Positions 48,583 through 60,784 of a DNA stretch of 64,000 nucleotides are shown piece by piece. The position numbers and the translations under genes are program-made. Below the pieces are notes generated by a model that worked only from the letters and a program-made list of their open reading frames with translations, ran no database searches and was not told the DNA's origin. Every line of letters starts with the position of its first letter. The stretch's first letter is position 1. Origin of the DNA: Schmidtea polychroa (lineage: Eukaryota); contig CM097885.1 in assembly GCA_044892525.1 (NCBI GenBank), forward strand, positions 39,248,001-39,312,000, in the 5' to 3' direction.

Positions 48583-49811
48583 GCCTTATTGCCTTGCTTC
48601 TGCATATACGTTAACCCTTATACCTTATTTACGAAGCATTAAACTTTGAAAACTCTTCTTGGAGCAAATATTTGGCAAATTAAATGATTTTCTTAAATTA
48701 AATGATTTAAATGATTTTTTATGTTGTGTAGTGCTTGTTGTGTTAATTTTAAATCAATTAAATAAGGCTTCTGTAGAGAGTTTTTGTCTGGTCTGTGTTT
48801 AAATATTTACGAAGCCTTAAACTTTGAAAACTCTTCTTGGAGCAAATATTTGGCGAATTAAATGATTTTCTTCGCGCCTATTTATATCAACATTTTTCAA
48901 TAAAAATAAAATATGATTATTTCCTGCTTATACGCACTGAATAGTAATATTAAATATTATATCTACATATTTTGTTCTTTATAGATTGCGTGCTATAATA
49001 AAGATATGTTTTTCTTAAATTATAATTATAATATAACATTAATTTTTTGAAATATAATAAATTTAATAGTAATTTTTCCTTGCGTTAAAATAAGTTAATT
49101 ATAACGTAGAATAAAGATTATTGTACAGATAATTAGCATAACCTGATTAAATATAAAATAGTCAATTATATACAATATAGTCTCTACAAGATAGATTGGA
49201 TTTGTGGGTCTTCTTTCTTATTAGACTTATTGCCTCGCTTCTGCATATACGTTGACCATTTAACCTTTAGACTCTGTCTTATTATTATTTGTTAGGGACG
49301 AATGTGGTGATGTGCCTACTATCATCATCCAGCAATATAATCAGTACAAAGTTTTCACACTCCTACTCCGGCATTCATCTGTTTCATATATTTAAAGACT
49401 ATTTCTCGCCTGATATCAGGACAGTACATGCCAAAATCTGTTAATGATTGAAGGAACTGTTTTAACTCGTATTGTGACTTCCTTACCCAAAAGTAAAATC
49501 AGGCGAAACTGGAAGAAAGTGAATGAGCTGGTAAATCTGCATTTGAATGTAAAATAAAATTGAAATAGTTAACTTATCAAGCATCATTGGGGCTTTATAA
49601 ATGTTTAAGATCCATAAAATCATCTGCAAGTGGTATATTTCTTTGAGTAAGAATATTTGAAAGTGAAAGTCGAATCAGCAAATGTAAAATTTATTAAATA
49701 TATATAAACCAATAAAATTAATTAAAATTCCAATAAATTTCAAAAGATTCGCTATGAATGTATCCATATATTAAATAAACCAACTCCTATAAAACTAACA
49801 ATATAATACAA

Positions 49812-50747
49812 ATGGTTAAAAAAGTTTGGAAAAGCGTTAATGTCGATTTTACGATAAAAAGCAACAATAACATAATTGAGAATTCGGAAATTAGCGAAAA
49901 TAATACAACGATTACTGCTGAATTGAGAAAAGCTTTGCCAACAACAACACATGCCAATCGTCAAATTGAAGAAGTTAATAAACTACCAATCGATGGTCCA
50001 TTTTATTTGGAATTTTCTAATCTGAATTTTGATGTTGATGAAGAGTGCATTAGAAATCTGTTTAAAGGTTTAGATTTGGTGGATATTTATTTCAATCCGA
50101 GAAAGCGAGGAACTGGCAATATAGAATTCAGAAGTTTGGACAATTTGAAATCGGCGTTGGAATTTAATGGACAAGTTTTCGTCGGTAGAGCAATTAATTT
50201 GACATTAATCACGGACATAGACAAAGAAAAGAAATTTAACACATTTCTAGATAAGAATGGTTGTTTTCACAAAGATGAAAAGAAATCTAAAGCAGATGAA
50301 TCTGAAAATTGGAGAAGTAAGAAAGTTGTTGAAAGGAAAGAAACAAAACCAAGTGATAGCGATAATTGGAGAGTAAAGAAAAATGTTGAAATGAAAGAAA
50401 CCAAGCCAAGTAATAGTAATAATTGGAGAGTAAAGAAAACTATTGAAATGAAAGAAACTAAGCCAAGTGATAGCGATAATTGGAGAGTAAAAACAAATGT
50501 TGAAATGAAAGTATTTAAACCGAGATATAACAATAATTGGAGAGAAAAGAAAAGTGTTGAAATGAAAGAAACAAAACCTAGTGATAGTGATAATTGGAGA
50601 ATAAAGAAAGATGTTAAAGTAACAGAATCAAAAGACTGTAGCAGTGGAACACAGAGAATTGCAAATATGCGTGATACCAAAACAGAAAATCTTCGAGAAA
50701 ACAAAACAGCCGAAAAAGAAAATTCTTGGAGATTAGTTAAAAAATAA
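49812..50747 (+). CDS. eIF4B/eIF4H-like RRM protein with C-terminal 20-aa DNWR repeats
   Basis: LPIDGPFYLEFSNLNFDVDEECI..LF...RGTGNIEF..LDNLKSALEFNG..FVGRAI; repeats KETKPSDSDNWRVKKNVEM. Confidence 0.75.
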   Translation: MVKKVWKSVNVDFTIKSNNNIIENSEISENNTTITAELRKALPTTTHANRQIEEVNKLPIDGPFYLEFSNLNFDVDEECIRNLFKGLDLVDIYFNPRKRGTGNIEFRSLDNLKSALEFNGQVFVGRAINLTLITDIDKEKKFNTFLDKNGCFHKDEKKSKADESENWRSKKVVERKETKPSDSDNWRVKKNVEMKETKPSNSNNWRVKKTIEMKETKPSDSDNWRVKTNVEMKVFKPRYNNNWREKKSVEMKETKPSDSDNWRIKKDVKVTESKDCSSGTQRIANMRDTKTENLRENKTAEKENSWRLVKK

Positions 50748-51659
50748 ATTTTTCCTTTCTATATTTGTTTAATATTATGATTGTTGTTTTTTCTTTAGAG
50801 TGTTTAATATATTTATTTTTCAATGTAAAATGTTTGATATATATCTTTAATATTAAATTGTATTTTTATGATAGTAGTTTGTTTGCAAAACTGATAATGA
50901 GAAAGTACATAAATCTCTATTTTATTTTTGTTATGATAGAACATTTTAAGGATACGTTTGAAATTATATTTATCAATAAAAATTAAAATTTCTAAGTTAT
51001 TCTATTATTAAACAAAATTTATATTGTAATTAAAATCAATTTCATAATTTTAATAAAATAATAGACCTAGAAAATTTCGAAAGATAGGGAAATAGAATGT
51101 AAGTAATTATATTTATTACTCATTATTTAGTCAACTTTCATGTTATAGATAATAGTTGACATATGTTTAGATAATTGGTTTTTATTTTTTCATTGAAAGG
51201 TCAGATTTGGTCTATGATTACCATATGTGTGCGTGTGTAAGTAACTGAGTGATAAGGTTACTGTTACTTGACACCCAACAAAAAACATTTATGACGTCAC
51301 TACACAGGTATGCAATATTGAGTATTATATATTTTTTACAATTAACAGTCAAACATATTAGTTTTGCAAATTGAATTCAACAAGCTAGGATTGATTGAAT
51401 ATTAAAAATATGTTGCAGTTGAAATCAGATTATGGTGAATATTTATAGGATGACTTTTATTATAGTATTTAATTTTATTCAAAACAATTTCTATTTTAAC
51501 GCATAGATAAAATTCAAAAAACTTTGACAAATAACTATTATGTCATTGAATTAGTTTTCATAAAATATTTTTATATATGAATATTAATAGACAAACTATG
51601 TATTATTTTATGAAAGTTAATTAATAGCAGCTTAAAAATACTCAAAGACCTTTCCTAAT

Positions 51660-51950
51660 GTTATTGAACACCAATAAAACATCATTTATTCCATTTCAAA
51701 AATTAAATATTTTTACTCTTATTTGAAATAAACTCAATGGTAGTTTATTAAGTACGTGACATAGCATTTAATTTATTTCATTATAAAGCTCTTTTCGTTT
51801 CTTGAAACCTTGATAATTTATCTTAATATTTTGGCTTAATTTAATAAATTTCGATCTATCTTGACTCTTATTATCGGTAGATTTAATATTTGTCGACATC
51901 AAAATAAAGTCAAAAGAATCAAGAATCATTGAATTAAGAGAAATCTTTTT
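51660..51950 (+). repeat. Dispersed duplicate of ~34080-34370
   Basis: TTATTGAACACCAA...GTCGACATCAAAATAAAGTCAAA...GAATTAAGAGAAA shared at high identity. Confidence 0.85.
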
Positions 51951-52609
51951 ATAGGGTTAGGGATATTATTTTAGTACTAAGAAATATGTATTATTTTAAC
52001 AAAAAAATATATTCTTTTAATACTACAAAATATACACAACACCCTACAAGGATATATAAACCAGAATAAAAGTTCAACCCGGCTTGTTGGTAGAGCTGGC
52101 CAACCCCGTCGTAGACGCTTGCGATGAATTTGCTTGCCGCTCGTACTCGGCCAGCCTGTCCTTCTTCAATTTTTCTCGAATGTTTCGCCCAAGCCGTTTT
52201 CTTTTGGGCTTATTTTCGGCGGCTGGGGGATATATCATCCTACGATTCATAATTTTTGATTCTTAGTGGCTTGGTAATATGATTTGTTGTTCATAATAAA
52301 AGAAAAATCTTATGTTTTTATTAATAGTAATTTAATCTTCTAATAAACGAAGTTATATATTTGCCATTCATTCAGGATTTAAAGGGGGTAGTTTATATGT
52401 TGGATCAGGTACTCTCACCCATATCCTCAGCTAACCTAGATGGTGTTAACATTTTCTAGGGGTAGGGGTGTTGCTAAAAATAACTTTCTAGTATTTCAGA
52501 CATTCCTATTAGTTCAAAAAGGTTGATTCCAAATTTAACTCCGGGGGGAAATCCTAAATCAATATTTGATTTAGATTTTTATTTTTGTGAACTACAACTT
52601 ATGAATAGG

Positions 52610-52985
52610 GACAATGATAGTATTAGCGATGATAATAACGACAATAATAATAATAATAGTAATAATGATAATAATAATAATAATAATGGTAATAATAATA
52701 ATAATAATAAGATTAATAATAATAATAATAGCAATATTAATAGTAATATTGATGGTAGTAATGATGATAATAATAATGATAATAATAATAATAATAGTAA
52801 TAATAATAATAATAGTAATATTAATGATAAGATTAATGGTAATAATGATAATAATAATAATAATAATAATAATCATAATGATAATAAGGATAATATCAAT
52901 TATAATATTGATAGTGATAATAATAATAATAATAATAAGAATAATAAGAATAAAGATGATACTGATACTAATAATAATAATGGTG
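52610..52985. repeat. Degenerate (AAT)n
   Basis: AAT/GAT/AGT triplet array; ORFs over it are artefacts. Confidence 0.9.
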
Positions 52986-53239
52986 ACGATTTAGAATGAT
53001 AACTGGAAATATAATCACTCTCAATTCATACTTTATAATTTTAACAAAACTAATTTACATTTCTAATTTTAACGTCGAATGCTTCGATGTAAGCTATGGT
53101 AGCTACTTGTACTTTATATCTTCATGGTCAAATTTTGATTATAGCTAATTATAATTCATTTCTACATTTATACTTTGTAGTTATACCTAGGTACAAATTA
53201 TATTTTATAATACGACTTTACCTCAAATTATTCGTATTC

Positions 53240-53700
53240 CCTACTCTTATAGTTAGAACTTATAATTATTTATAATTTATATTCCTAAATATTTTATATA
53301 TAACTAATTATAATTTATAACTTTATATTTTATAATTTATAATTTTACCTTACCATTTATAATTTTATATTTTGTAGTTTATAAATTTATATTTTATAAT
53401 TGCCAATTTTACATTTTATAATTTATAGTTTTTAATTTTTTTCAATTTATAAGTTTATATTCTATAATTTCTAACTTTATATTTTATAATTTTATGTTTT
53501 TCAATTTATGAGTTTGTACTTTGAAATTTTACGTTTTCTATTTACAATTTCGTAGTTTGTAATCTATAAATTTATATTTTATAATCCGTAATTTTATGCT
53601 TTATAAAGAGTAATTCTAGGTTCTACAATTTATCATTTTATTACTTCACCACTCGTCATTTCATAATTCAGGGTTTATAATTTTATAGTCGACTCGTATA
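53240..53700. repeat. Low-complexity TTTATAA/TTTATAT array
   Basis: Many degenerate 7-8 bp units. Confidence 0.7.
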
Positions 53701-55896
53701 CTTCTTTATGAGTACCCTTTTTGATCAATATTGTCTTCTAAAATTATTCGCAGATTTCTTGGTACTATTAGGGTATAATTTCAGAATATTGACGAGTCTA
53801 CAGTCTATACAAAACTAGTTCTAAGTTAATTGATCCTTATGCTAAAATTTATTTACTATTATCCCCATCTGAAACTTATTATCAAGACTTCTCCATTATC
53901 AATTTATATTTTCAGGGTCGATATAATTTATATCTAAAATCTCATAATTATCTATAACTTGCATTTTGACTATAATTAGCAAATTTTATAATAAGTACTT
54001 ATATCTTTATAAATATTTAAGATGGGCGCTTGAATTAATAGATCTGTAATTTAATCGGTTAGATTTGTAATATCTATAGGTAGATTGAATTTATTCGCAT
54101 AGTAATTAATCTCGAAGTCCCAACTAGATGAGGTTATACCCACACATATACCGGACACTTTATCATTTCTATTACTTGAGTTACTACAAATTTCTATTAC
54201 CAAAATCGGATTCGGCATATGTCTAAATACAACTGGAATGGCTATTATTGATCAACCGACTTCATTAAGGTGATTGCAGAATTGTGTAAGGTTAGGTATG
54301 AGTTCTACTCAGATTAAGACCTTATTGTAGAGATATTTGACATTGATTTTTAATGTTGATTTTAAATTTGTATTACGTACAAAGTCGGGAAGAATATTGC
54401 TTCCATGGCCCCACTGTGACCACTTCCACAAACCTTAGTGTTGAGTGTTGAGTCAACCATTTACGGTCGACCTTACATAAATACAAAGAGTCAGACGGAG
54501 GGTTTCCTCGACCTAACTCCGTGGCAGAACCACGAAGTAGTTCGACCTCCGAAGGACCCGAACAAAAGAAATCATATAGTATCGATCAATATAGTACGAA
54601 TAATGCATGTTGGTAGGTTGCATAAAAATTTTATTCGATATCTTCCAATGCAGGACGGAATAGCGACGCACAGTGACGCCGCTGATCAGTCATATTTATC
54701 TAAATAACAACGAATTTAGTAAGAATAATTTAATTATAGAATGGTGTTCATTAAAATGGTTACATACATGGTTAAAATAAAAACAATGCAATCAAAAAAT
54801 ACCTACTATCAGTTTCCTTCAAAATTTGGTCAACAAAAAATTTTGGCATAAATGACTAAATTATGCCCGAAACGTGTCGGTATATATACCTATTTTGTAC
54901 ACGTGTATGTATTGATACAGTAAAACAAACTCGAATTCTTTTTATTCCAGAATTTTCTATTTAGCGATTTTGCTATTTTTAATGGCAATTTTTGTGCCAT
55001 AATTTTTGTTTTTATTTTTATATTTTTATTTTTTAATTATTTTTCGTTAATTTGCCGTCCATGATGGATTTGGAACGGTTCCAGAACATTCTATTTTACT
55101 TTTAATTTAATTTTTATTCTAACTGATGTTTTGTGAATTTCTTTTTAAGATTTATTATTTTTAATACTAATTTATTTATTTTCTCTAACTTTTATTGTTC
55201 TAGTGGCTATTGTGATGGTCATTGCCATTTATGTAATGTTCTGGGTTTTTCTTGAATTTTTTCGGTTTTTATCGTCTTTTAAGTTGTTCGAGTCTGTTTT
55301 ATGCTTATCTGTGTTTATTTGGTTGTTTTTGAGTTCTATTTTTGCATCACTTCTTGCTTTTGGATAATTTTATTTAATTTCTGTGTTAATGTTTTTTGTT
55401 GTTTTTCCTTTAATTACTATTGTTTATTTGATGTAATTTTAATATTTAACTCTACTTTGTGCTTTTTTACTTGCTGTGTACCTACACATTTCGGTCATAA
55501 TTAGAAGTTTGGGTCTAGAAATCAGTTCTAGCCCAACATAAAACACTCGGGGGCCCATAAAATTGCGACCCGCAATTTAAATCAGAAGATGAATAGGATT
55601 AATTTTCAGAATACTTGCACTATATTACAAGTGCCTACATGCAAATTGGGTCCACGAGCTACAGGGTCGTGACCTCAATACCCACATACATAAAAAGGCT
55701 ACTATTACACTACATTTTACAGATGGGTTGAAAGATGAAGAAAAAGAACGACCGAGGTCGGTCCAAAAAAAATAAAATTATCATGCTCAAGAATCAATGT
55801 CATTAATCGTAGTCTCAGTCTTTGCAATCAATTGTTCGATCAGGATGATTTATCGTTTATAATGTTGCGAAATGGTTTTACTGTCATGGTGTCATA

Positions 55897-57267
55897 TTAA
55901 TAGAACTCTGTTGTTCGGGATCTCGTCTCGATGACGGCTCTGGTTTCAATGTTTGGGGAAGATTTGAAGTATCTTGGTTGGTTCGTTGTTTGGATTAGCT
56001 GTTCTTCTATTGGGATACGAATACTCCTTGATTGTTCTTTTAGTTTGAGGGTTTTGTTTCTTTCTTTACTGGAATTGGGTTTGAGTGCAATCAGGCTCAG
56101 TACGGTGATGTTTATCATTAGGCTCGCCGCTAATAGGATCAATATTGTGAGAGATTCAGACTCTCTCGGTTCTATTACTTTGGGTTTGTTCATGATTTCT
56201 CCCAATTGGGTTGTATCTATAATCTCTGATTTTTCGGGTTTGTTGAATTTGTTTTCTTCCGAGGTGACAACTTTCTTTATTTCCTCTAGGGTTTTAATCA
56301 TCTTCTCGGAGTTCATTGGGTTTTTGTTTATGGTAGTTATGATCTCCCTTTCCATCAGTTTCATTGGTAACTGTCTTAACTCCTCTTTGGTCTCTTTTCA
56401 ATTCTTTTTCCATTTTCGGGCTTGATGCTTGAGACACTTTTCGGTTTCCTCAAATTTCTGCTGTCGTTTTCTCCACTCTACTTCCTCTTCTTCTCGCTGT
56501 GTAGCCCTTGTTTCGTAAAATTCTTGGTCTGCTTTTCGTAATCGCAGTTGTTCCTTGCTACTGATTTTCCAATAGAGCACTTGAGTTTGACTTCCTAGGT
56601 ATTTATACTTCCATTTCTGGGCTTGTACCTTTATTTGTGTGTTAATTCGCTCTAATACGTTATCTTTAACGATTGGTTCTCTATGCGGTGTTCTCCTCCC
56701 TTGCCCTCTGACTTCGTTTAGGGTCTTTTTGCATCTTTCCCATTTTTCTTTCATCATTGCGCATTTGCCCTTTACTTCTTCTAGTTCGGCCTTGTAATTT
56801 CGTATTTGATGTTCGTGACTATCATTCTGCCTCGTTTGGAGGGTTTCGTATTTTCGTTTCCATTGTTGCGCTTGTAGTTTTATTCGTTCCGTTTTACGCT
56901 GTTCCTCCTCGTATTGCTCCTTTGCTTCTCTAATTTGTGTCTTCTGCATTATTATCTCTCCGCATAACCCAACTATCTCCATAATCCGCTGAGTTCGTAA
57001 ATTCGAGAGCTCTTCCTTCAACTCTTGGTATGTTGATGTATTTCTCACATCCTCGGTTAATTCCTCTACCTGTTTCATCCACTTCTCTTTTGCTGCCAGT
57101 GCTTCCGCCTTCTCCATTTCTAACTCTTGTTGCTTTTTCTCATACATGGTTTTGTACATTTCTATTTCTCTCTTTACTCTTTCTGCTTCGTATGCTTGTA
57201 TGATGGATTTGTACTGTTCGAGTTGTTGCATCTCGGTTTCCACATAGGTTTGTGATTCTTTATTCAT
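55897..57267 (-). pseudogene. Long coiled-coil protein with C-terminal transmembrane segment (one in-frame TGA at 56398-56400)
   Basis: ORFs 56398-57267 and 55897-56364 share a frame (..AAG AAT TGA AAA GAG ACC..); TM LTILILLAASLMINITVLSLIAL. Confidence 0.7.
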
Positions 57268-57349
57268 TGTCTAAATAATTACACTATTACTACCACTATT
57301 ATTTCATACATTTATTATCTACACTTTATACACGGAATTTTAATTTTTG

Positions 57350-58531
57350 TTACTGATCGGCGTAGCGAAATCCTTTGATTCGCTGCGCAATCCTCTGTCT
57401 ACACATTGGACATTCCTTTACTTTTCTACTACACGTGGCACATGCGATCAAATGTCCGCATGGCATATGAATAACTTCTACACTCCTCTCCCAACACATA
57501 GTACATTTGATATCTCGTAAGATAGCTGCTTTGACCATTGATTCTTCTTTTATTTTTGTTTCGGGTTTTTCTCTATACTGAGTTAGCGCTCTGATCATAT
57601 CGTACGTTGTTGTTGGTATATGTACGTTTTTCTGTAGTCTCTCTCTAATCATTTTCTTTACCCTTGTCGTGCCTATTCCGGCTGCTTTCAACGCTCTGCA
57701 CATGTTAGGCTTGTCTACAACTTCGTCAACCTCTTCTTCTGTTACTAGCACTTCCGGATATTTGGTTTCTTGTTCGTTGTGATATAGGCACCATGCTTGA
57801 TGTCTAATTTCTGGTATACCTTCTTCTGGTAATCTCTGTTGGCTTTCGCATCTTTCACACTTGAGTATTTGCTTTTCTGTTAGATAGAATCCTCTTATTG
57901 CTAGTTCAGGTCCTCTCGTATCATCCCCGAACGTTTTCATTCTGTTATCTGCTATTTGCGTGAGGAATTCCCCTTCACAAGTTGGGACATATTCGTCAAC
58001 GATTCTGGTTATCGCGATTGTCATTTTCCCTCCTTTTTCGTCTTCAGTTTTCAATTTCTCCAAGGCTTCGTATTTGATTTCCGGTTTGTTGTGTACATCA
58101 AATCCCAGTACGAATGGACAATTTGGGAATCGTTTGCGATGTTCTTCCTTTGGGTGTTCTCCTTTTTTCCATTCTGCTAATTTCCCTTTACAGAATCGAC
58201 ACGTTACTTGATCGGGTATCTCTGGTTTTCCGGAGAAGAAAAATCCGTTGAGTGCCAGCGCTCGGCTCTGTTCCTTGGTGAAAATGGCCTGGTGTTCAAA
58301 TGACAGGTATCTCTGGTTCTCACATCTGAACTGCTCATTGCTCCCCTGCCTCAAATCTCCCTGCACTAAGCTATAACCATTTCCCACAATTCTTCGATAG
58401 TACGTGAAACCACTGGGTTTTGTTCTGCTGACTTCCGAACTTCCTACTTTTTCTCCGGATGATGTATCGTCCTCTCCTTCTCTCATTGTGATCGTTTTCT
58501 TTCGGATATTCGGTCTCGCTTGATTAATCAT
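57350..58531 (-). CDS. Inhibitor of apoptosis protein (BIR, degenerate BIR, UBA-like, RING), intronless
   Basis: RYLSF...LALNGFFF...DQVTCRFCKGKLAEWKKGEHPKEEHRKRFPNCPF; RMKTF..LAIRGFY..CERC..H..WC; CTMCWERSVEVIHMPCGHLIACATCSRKVKECPMCR. Confidence 0.92.
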   Translation of the reverse strand: MINQARPNIRKKTITMREGEDDTSSGEKVGSSEVSRTKPSGFTYYRRIVGNGYSLVQGDLRQGSNEQFRCENQRYLSFEHQAIFTKEQSRALALNGFFFSGKPEIPDQVTCRFCKGKLAEWKKGEHPKEEHRKRFPNCPFVLGFDVHNKPEIKYEALEKLKTEDEKGGKMTIAITRIVDEYVPTCEGEFLTQIADNRMKTFGDDTRGPELAIRGFYLTEKQILKCERCESQQRLPEEGIPEIRHQAWCLYHNEQETKYPEVLVTEEEVDEVVDKPNMCRALKAAGIGTTRVKKMIRERLQKNVHIPTTTYDMIRALTQYREKPETKIKEESMVKAAILRDIKCTMCWERSVEVIHMPCGHLIACATCSRKVKECPMCRQRIAQRIKGFRYADQ

Positions 58532-58666
58532 CTATAATAAATTTCATCATTTCTTTTTGCATTTTTCTTTTTCTAATTTTTATGGTTTTGGTGAAGGGTT
58601 TATACAATAGCTTTATAATTACTTTACATCGTTTTTACAAAATATTTACAGTTTCCCTCTATCCGT

Positions 58667-60031
58667 CTATCGTATTTCTATTGTTGGTCCTTCCTCGTCC
58701 AGTTCGATTAGGAAGAATATAGTGTCCTTTTCTATGTAGGAACCGTCATTAAACTGGTATAGCTGCATAAACTCTGCTGCTCCTACCGCAGTATTAACCT
58801 CTGTAATTGGTTTATTCCGTGCTGGACTTGATGCGTGAAAGTATATTATGTGCGTCCGTTCTCTTCCTAAGAGAGATATTCTTACTTTGTGTCGGAATGG
58901 CCAGACTATTAGGTCATCGAAGTCTCCTTTACAGATCTGCATATATAAGGACATGCACCGATCTTTAAACTTTCCCTCGCCATTTGGAAACCATATCAAT
59001 TTCATCTTGTATCCATGTTTCTTGGCGTAGAATGGTTTGCTCACTATCGTTGTCTGGGTTCCTTGCTTTGCTTGCTCCATTATTTCTGTTATTCCTTGGA
59101 TTTTCCACATGTATGGTAATATTGGTAGTTCCTCTGTTGTCAGTTCCTTTGCAGTCCACTCGGTTTGTAGTTTAGTTACTTCGACTAATTTGTCATCTAA
59201 TTTCAACGTTCTTTGCGTTACGGCTTCTCTCGTATTTTCGAAGCTTTCCTGTGAGCTCAGCATCTCTTTTATCATGATTTTATGTGATTTGAGTTAGTCT
59301 TTGACATCTTCGATTGCCCTTGCTGTTAACTCTATTGATCTCATCATCTTTTGCATGTGTTCGAATGTATTCTCCTCCACATGCTTCTTCATTTCTTCTG
59401 CTGGTAATTGTGCTCTACAGTCGAATGTCACCATTGGGCATTTTATTGCTTTTCTCGTACATATCTCCCAATGTTCTTTTAATCTGACGTTGTTAATTTC
59501 TCCACACTCGTTTGGACATCTCCCTGTGTATTCGTCGCAAATCCGTCTTTCCGCTGCGTTTCGATGTTCCATTTCAATCTCTCTCCAATTAGCAGTTTCT
59601 CCGCAAAATTCGCATTTTTCTGTTCGTGCTTCGCATTCTCCTTTATGTTTGGTTTTCTCTTTTCGTAAGAACTTTACCTTACATGCTTCGCATTCCAATT
59701 CTAAATGTTCGCATACGTCTGTATAAGCTCTTAATTCCTTTACTCGACCTGTCCATTCGCATGACCTTTGGGGACATCTTATTTTCACTTCTCTGATTTC
59801 TCGGTTCATTGCTTTATCCGGTATCGTGCCAGTAGGAACCAACTTAAATGCTTCTCCACATCCTGGACAAGTTTCTCGCTTTAGTTTGGCTAATCTTATA
59901 TCGCACCCTCGGCACAATCTACAACCGCATCGCGTTTGGCTTGCTCCAATTAATAGTTTTCTACATGCTGCATCGGCACATAATAGTCTCTCTTCGAACT
60001 CGTCCGGCTCGGCTTGGTATTTTCTCATCAA
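58667..60031 (-). pseudogene. TRAF-family protein (RING, TRAF zinc fingers, coiled coil, MATH), intronless, one in-frame TAA at 59294-59296
   Basis: LLCADAACRKLL..ASQTRCGCRLCRGC..CPGC, PDKAMNREI, CPQRSCEWTG; MATH WKIQG...SKPFYAKKHGYKM...FPNGEG...SLYMQICKGDFDDLIVWPF...YIEKDTIF; both ORFs in one frame. Confidence 0.92.
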
Positions 60032-60181
60032 CTCATAGTTAATCTTTTGTTCCTCCGCTTCTCTCCGGTTCTCTTCCGCTTTGTTTTGTATTCTACAATG
60101 ATAACTTTTTAATCTTGGGATTCTACTTGGTTATAACTCTATTTATTTACAAGATTATTTACAATTTACTCCTCTCTCTCT

Positions 60182-60636
60182 TATACATCTACCGTCGAGT
60201 CCGGTTCACCAGTTCCTGGTAGTCCGGTCATCCACTCGACTAAACTGGCAATATCATCATGTTGTCGATTTTCGTGCAACCTTCTAATTTCTTCCGCTTG
60301 CCATCTGATTTGGCTAATTTACTGATTGTTATTGTATTCTAGTTGCGCGATTATTTGGTGTTGTTCCTCTATTTTGGTAATATATATTGCATTTCTATTA
60401 ATACTCTCTATCAACGCCGTCTGGTTTCGTACCCAATGTTCTGTAGTTTGATTTGTCAATTGGGTCATTAATTCACACTGTGCCCTCCACATGGATCCTG
60501 TTGGCTGACTCGGCTCATTTGGCATGTTCATTTCCATCATGTCTACTGGATGCACATTCATTAGTGGCTGTTCTCTTACTTCGACAACATGTGGTATCCC
60601 GTTTGGATGTTCTTGCTCTTCGTTTCTCTGGTTCAT
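60182..60636 (-). pseudogene. Small coiled-coil ORF with an in-frame TAA at 60319-60321
   Basis: Frame continues past the stop as ISQIRWQAEEIRRLHENRQHDDIASLVEW..DSTVDV*. Confidence 0.55.
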
Positions 60637-60784
60637 TCCTATTTATAATACATGGTCATCATACTTGTTTTTGATTTTTCTACATATTGTTTTAATTTAC
60701 TACTTTTATTTTGTACATACAACTACTATTATTACTACTTTTATCGTTTCATTTATACATTATTTACAACAACTCCTCCTCTTG

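Noticed and set aside
51951..51962. TAGGGTTAGGG as an interstitial telomere
   Set aside because: Under two repeat units; could be chance, noted only as a junction feature
54851..54890. Second hammerhead (…CCGAAACGTGTC…)
   Set aside because: CTGATGA core and stems are missing
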